DNA of 64,000 bases from an uncultured cyanobacterium. GTDB taxonomy: Bacteria; Cyanobacteriota; Cyanobacteriia; Cyanobacteriales; Nostocaceae. Positions 60,713-64,000 of the stretch are shown in pieces. Numbering within the stretch: position 1 is the stretch's first letter; every line of letters starts with the position of its first letter. A program made the translations under genes and the position numbers. The stretch covers positions 2,464,001 to 2,528,000 of the forward strand of contig OY970166.1 of assembly GCA_963706595.1 (NCBI GenBank), read 5' to 3'. A model generated the notes under the pieces. That model made no database searches, was not told where the DNA came from, and saw nothing but the letters and a program-made list of their open reading frames with translations.

Positions 60713-61369
60713 GTGAGTCGTTCAACGCAATCAAAACTTTCGTCTAAAAAACCGCGTCAGGTACGTGATGCAGAGGCGACAAAAAAGCAGATTCTTGATG
60801 CAGCAGAAGCAGAGTTCGCCAGAAATGGGCTGAGTGGGGCGCGTACAGAGGCGATCGCAAAAGGTGCAGGAGTCACCACAGCGATGATTTACTACTACTT
60901 CCAGAACAAGGAAGGGTTATATAAGGAGGTTTTGCAACGTCCGATGGTGGAAATCTCTGAAGGGGTTCAACAGCTAAATTTAGATGAGTATCCAGCAGAT
61001 GCAGCCTTAAAAATGTTAATTAAACAGGTGATTGCTTATGAAGCGGTACATCCACAACGAGGGATGCTGTGGTTTCAAGAAGCGAACCAAAATCAAGGCA
61101 AATATTTTAAGTTGGGGAATTGGCAAGAAAATTTCGGGTACGTAATCAAAATTTTAGAACGGGGAATGGCTGAGGGTTGTTTCCGTCAGCTTGATACTTT
61201 TCTCGTCACTCTCCAAATTGCGGGAATTTGTAATTTTTATTTCAACGCCCACGAAAACCTCAAACACATTAGACCAGATTTGCAACTACTGACTCCAGAA
61301 ATGATTGCGCGGTACTCTGAAGAAGCGGTTAATTTGATTTTAGCTGGTGTGCGAAAGGGTGGGGAGTAG
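60713..61369 (+). CDS. TetR/AcrR family transcriptional regulator
   Basis: ILDAAEAEFARNGLSGARTEAIAKGAGVTTAMIYYYFQNKEGLY (TetR HTH). Confidence 0.93.
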   Translation: MSRSTQSKLSSKKPRQVRDAEATKKQILDAAEAEFARNGLSGARTEAIAKGAGVTTAMIYYYFQNKEGLYKEVLQRPMVEISEGVQQLNLDEYPADAALKMLIKQVIAYEAVHPQRGMLWFQEANQNQGKYFKLGNWQENFGYVIKILERGMAEGCFRQLDTFLVTLQIAGICNFYFNAHENLKHIRPDLQLLTPEMIARYSEEAVNLILAGVRKGGE

Positions 61370-61508
61370 AAGAAGCAGGGAGCAGGGGAGCAAGGGGGAA
61401 GAAGCAGGGGAGCAGGGGGGAGTTAAAAATTACTTTAAACTTCCGGTTACTTAACAACCGTTCCTCTTCTCCCCCAGTCCCCAGCTATAACAGTGCCTGC
61501 TTTTTACT

Positions 61509-62072
61509 CTAGTTGATAACTTTCTTGATACCATCGAGAAAAACTTGAAAACTACGAGATTTGTTTTCAGTCAAGGATAAATAGGGCGCGATCATTCTAG
61601 AATGAGTGCCGGGATAATATTCTGAAACTAACTTTCTGAGTTCTTCTTTCGCGGAGTTGAGTCTATCGGGGTTACGAAACTTGGTTTGATTTTGTTTTTG
61701 ACTCAAACTTTCGGGTTTTAGTCCATAGGCTGTTTCGACTGCGACTAAATCACCCAAAAACCAAGATTCTAGTTCATGACATACTATTCGGATCAGTATG
61801 TTTTTGTTTCCTGCATTTTGACAAATTTCTAAAAGTTCTGATTTGAGTTTTGTACAGTCATGGGAGTCTTGATCGTGAACAATAACAAATTTTGTGGCAG
61901 GGTTAAATTGAAAGGCTCTAATTTTCTTTGGTATAGATTTAGCTAAGTCCTGTTTACCTTGGTGAGGAATCAATCGATAAGAAATTTCATCAGGAATTAT
62001 TTTGGGTAAGATTTCTTTTAAAACATTTTCTATAGAAGGTTCTTCTAATAAAAAGATAATATCGTAACTCAT
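61509..62072 (-). CDS. DUF4276-family (TOPRIM-like) protein
   Basis: FLLEEPS, GKQDL, VHDQD, ELESWFLGD and NKSRSF motifs; translationally coupled to the ATPase. Confidence 0.78.
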   Translation of the reverse strand: MSYDIIFLLEEPSIENVLKEILPKIIPDEISYRLIPHQGKQDLAKSIPKKIRAFQFNPATKFVIVHDQDSHDCTKLKSELLEICQNAGNKNILIRIVCHELESWFLGDLVAVETAYGLKPESLSQKQNQTKFRNPDRLNSAKEELRKLVSEYYPGTHSRMIAPYLSLTENKSRSFQVFLDGIKKVIN

Positions 62073-63256
62073 TAGGGAGCAACTCCTTCAAACCAGCCTT
62101 GATTCCAGAGATATCCGGGTAAATCTCCTGCTTTCACTAAGTTTTTCAGGGTTTCATTATCGCTGGCTCGGAAAATTTTTGTAGTCCCTTGTTCTTTTGT
62201 CAGCCAGAAAATACTGTCTAGGGGAACAGCATTCAAAAAGTCGGGGGAGTGAGTAGAAACAAAGACTTGTCCGCCTCTATGGGCATAACTGGCAAATTCT
62301 TCAGCAAGTTCGTGAAGCAAACTAGGATAAAGTTGGTTTTCGGGTTCTTCGACGCATAGTAAAGGATGGGGTTTAGGATCGAAGAGCAGAATTAAATAGG
62401 CAAACATTTTCATTGTGCCATCAGAAACATAGCGATCTATAAAGGGGTCTTTAAAAGCTTGGTCTTGAAACTTGAGGATTAATCTGCCGTCTTCTGTTTC
62501 TTTTGCTTCTACTTTGGAAATACCGGGGACTCTTTCCTGCATTTTTGTGAGGATGGTTCGGAATATATCGGGATGGTTTTGATAAATATATTGGGCAACG
62601 ACTGCCATATTATCGCCTGTGGGGGAGAGATGTTCGGCATAGAGTGCGTCTTTGCTGCCTCTGGCATCGCTGATATGGAAGTCGGAAACGTGCCAATTTT
62701 CAATTAGTGAACGGAAGGCGCTGGCGGCTTTGAAACGTTGAAACTGCCCCAGTCCTTTAATTGCTAAAATATCATTGGATTCGAGTTGTTGTTCTTCCCG
62801 TTCTAGTTCTTCGTCGGTCTGTTCAAAGTTTTCTTCATTGGTGATGGCATATCCTTTACCGTTCTGGAACTTGAGAAATTGATAGGGAGAACCGTATTCG
62901 CCGCGTTTGTACCGGAGAATTTCTCTTTTAACTAAGGGTCGTCTTTCTTCTTGTCCAACATTTAAAATATAGGTAACGAGGCGCTCTGTTTCCAGAATAT
63001 TCATGCGGAATTTTAGTTCTATTTCAATATCTTCTTGTTCTTTGCCTCTAGTGACGACTTCATTAAATCCACCTCGGATCTGAAGGGCTTGACGAATGTT
63101 ATTTTTTAGGGCATCGCGGAGAAAACCAAAAATATCGAATAGTGTAGATTTACCTGTACCATTGGCTCCGATGATCACGCAAAAGGTGGGAATTTCTGTG
63201 ATTTCTACAGATTCAAAGGCTCGATAATTTTTAATTTTTATAGAAACAATTTTCAT
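62072..63256 (-). CDS. ABC/AAA_21-type ATPase
   Basis: IKNYRAF, GANGTGKS (Walker A), SDGT signature, LLCVEEPEN (Walker B) and STHS. Confidence 0.9.
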   Translation of the reverse strand: MKIVSIKIKNYRAFESVEITEIPTFCVIIGANGTGKSTLFDIFGFLRDALKNNIRQALQIRGGFNEVVTRGKEQEDIEIELKFRMNILETERLVTYILNVGQEERRPLVKREILRYKRGEYGSPYQFLKFQNGKGYAITNEENFEQTDEELEREEQQLESNDILAIKGLGQFQRFKAASAFRSLIENWHVSDFHISDARGSKDALYAEHLSPTGDNMAVVAQYIYQNHPDIFRTILTKMQERVPGISKVEAKETEDGRLILKFQDQAFKDPFIDRYVSDGTMKMFAYLILLFDPKPHPLLCVEEPENQLYPSLLHELAEEFASYAHRGGQVFVSTHSPDFLNAVPLDSIFWLTKEQGTTKIFRASDNETLKNLVKAGDLPGYLWNQGWFEGVAP

Positions 63257-63294
63257 AACTAAATCTACCTTAAAAAGAACAGTATTGATGACAA

Positions 63295-64000
63295 TTACCC
63301 ATTTTTACCTGCTTTTAATTTGGGGTAAGCGATGCGCTTGTGGTGAAATTGCTGCCAAACATCGACAAAGATTTGACTGATTTCTGACATTTCTTGTCGT
63401 GTCAGTCCTGAATCTACCATTTGATTGTCTTGCCATTTGGCACGGAGAATATTATTGAGCATGGCTAAGGCTTGTTCTGGAGTGGCATCTTTGAGCGATC
63501 GCAATGCCGCTTCGCAGGAGTCTGCTAACATGACTATGCCCGTTTCCCGTGATTGAGGAATGGGTCCTTCATAGCGAAAATCGGCATCATCTAGGATTAA
63601 GTTGGGATCTTCCTGGCACAATTCTTGTGCTTGGTGATAGAAATAGGCAATCAACATTGTTCCTTGATGCTCAGGAATAAAAGCTTGGATCGCTGTGGGT
63701 AAAAGGTGTTTTTGCGCCATTACCAACCCCTCAGTCACGTGCTTTTTGATAATTGCGGCACTTTTCCAAGGATCTTGAATCTCGGTTTCATGTTTATTCG
63801 GTCCCCCCATTTGATTTTCAATAAAGCCCAGAGGGTCGTGCATTTTGCCGATGTCATGATACAGAGTTCCAGCCCTGACTAGTTCTACATTACATCCCAG
63901 TTGTTTGGCAGCAGCTTCAGCTAAAGTAGCCACCAACAAAGTATGTTGAAAGGTTCCAGGGGTTTCAGTGGCTAATCGTTTTAATAAGGGGCGATTTGGA
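63295..64000 (-). CDS. HD-family phosphohydrolase (7TM-HD/PgpH-like), 3' part only
   Basis: PGTFQHT, LYHDIGK, EHQGT and MLADSCEAA motifs; the frame runs off the window end. Confidence 0.88.
   Translation of the reverse strand, partial: PNRPLLKRLATETPGTFQHTLLVATLAEAAAKQLGCNVELVRAGTLYHDIGKMHDPLGFIENQMGGPNKHETEIQDPWKSAAIIKKHVTEGLVMAQKHLLPTAIQAFIPEHQGTMLIAYFYHQAQELCQEDPNLILDDADFRYEGPIPQSRETGIVMLADSCEAALRSLKDATPEQALAMLNNILRAKWQDNQMVDSGLTRQEMSEISQIFVDVWQQFHHKRIAYPKLKAGKNG

Overview
A 64-kb chromosomal segment from a filamentous cyanobacterium, probably Nostocales. The evidence is frequent HIP1 GCGATCGC octamers, heptamer STRR repeats, psaE/psb28/ndhO/raf1 and a cyanobacterial 16S. The backbone is housekeeping: phnC-phnE, mdh, ndhO-mutM-psaE, mraY, moaB, psb28, NTRC-type thioredoxin reductase, an M16 peptidase pair, 6S RNA-purK, a PAS histidine kinase, a complete minus-strand rrn operon with a tRNA-less ITS, ureEFG, ycf37, rplT-rpmI, a UvrD-like helicase, raf1, menG/ubiE and a TetR-Rieske pair. 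The main accessory feature is an AT-rich, apparently HIP1-free island at about 9.4-26 kb built around type IV pilin. Its minus strand carries methyltransferase-pilA-ogtA-ogtA2. Its plus strand carries a methyltransferase and a giant methyltransferase/glycosyltransferase that is joined to a third O-GlcNAc-transferase-like ORF by a one-base slip at a T9 tract. Between the two arms sit two toxin-antitoxin cassettes with shared flanking motifs. Next come an Rpn nuclease and a nested transposon: an ISAs1 with a 10-bp TSD, inserted in a REP-like repeat and itself interrupted by a MITE-IS630-MITE tandem joined by TA dinucleotides. An ATPase-DUF4276 pair near the right end may be a defence module. Several single-base frameshifts in conserved genes look like sequencing errors. 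All family assignments come from motif recognition by eye; no searches were run.
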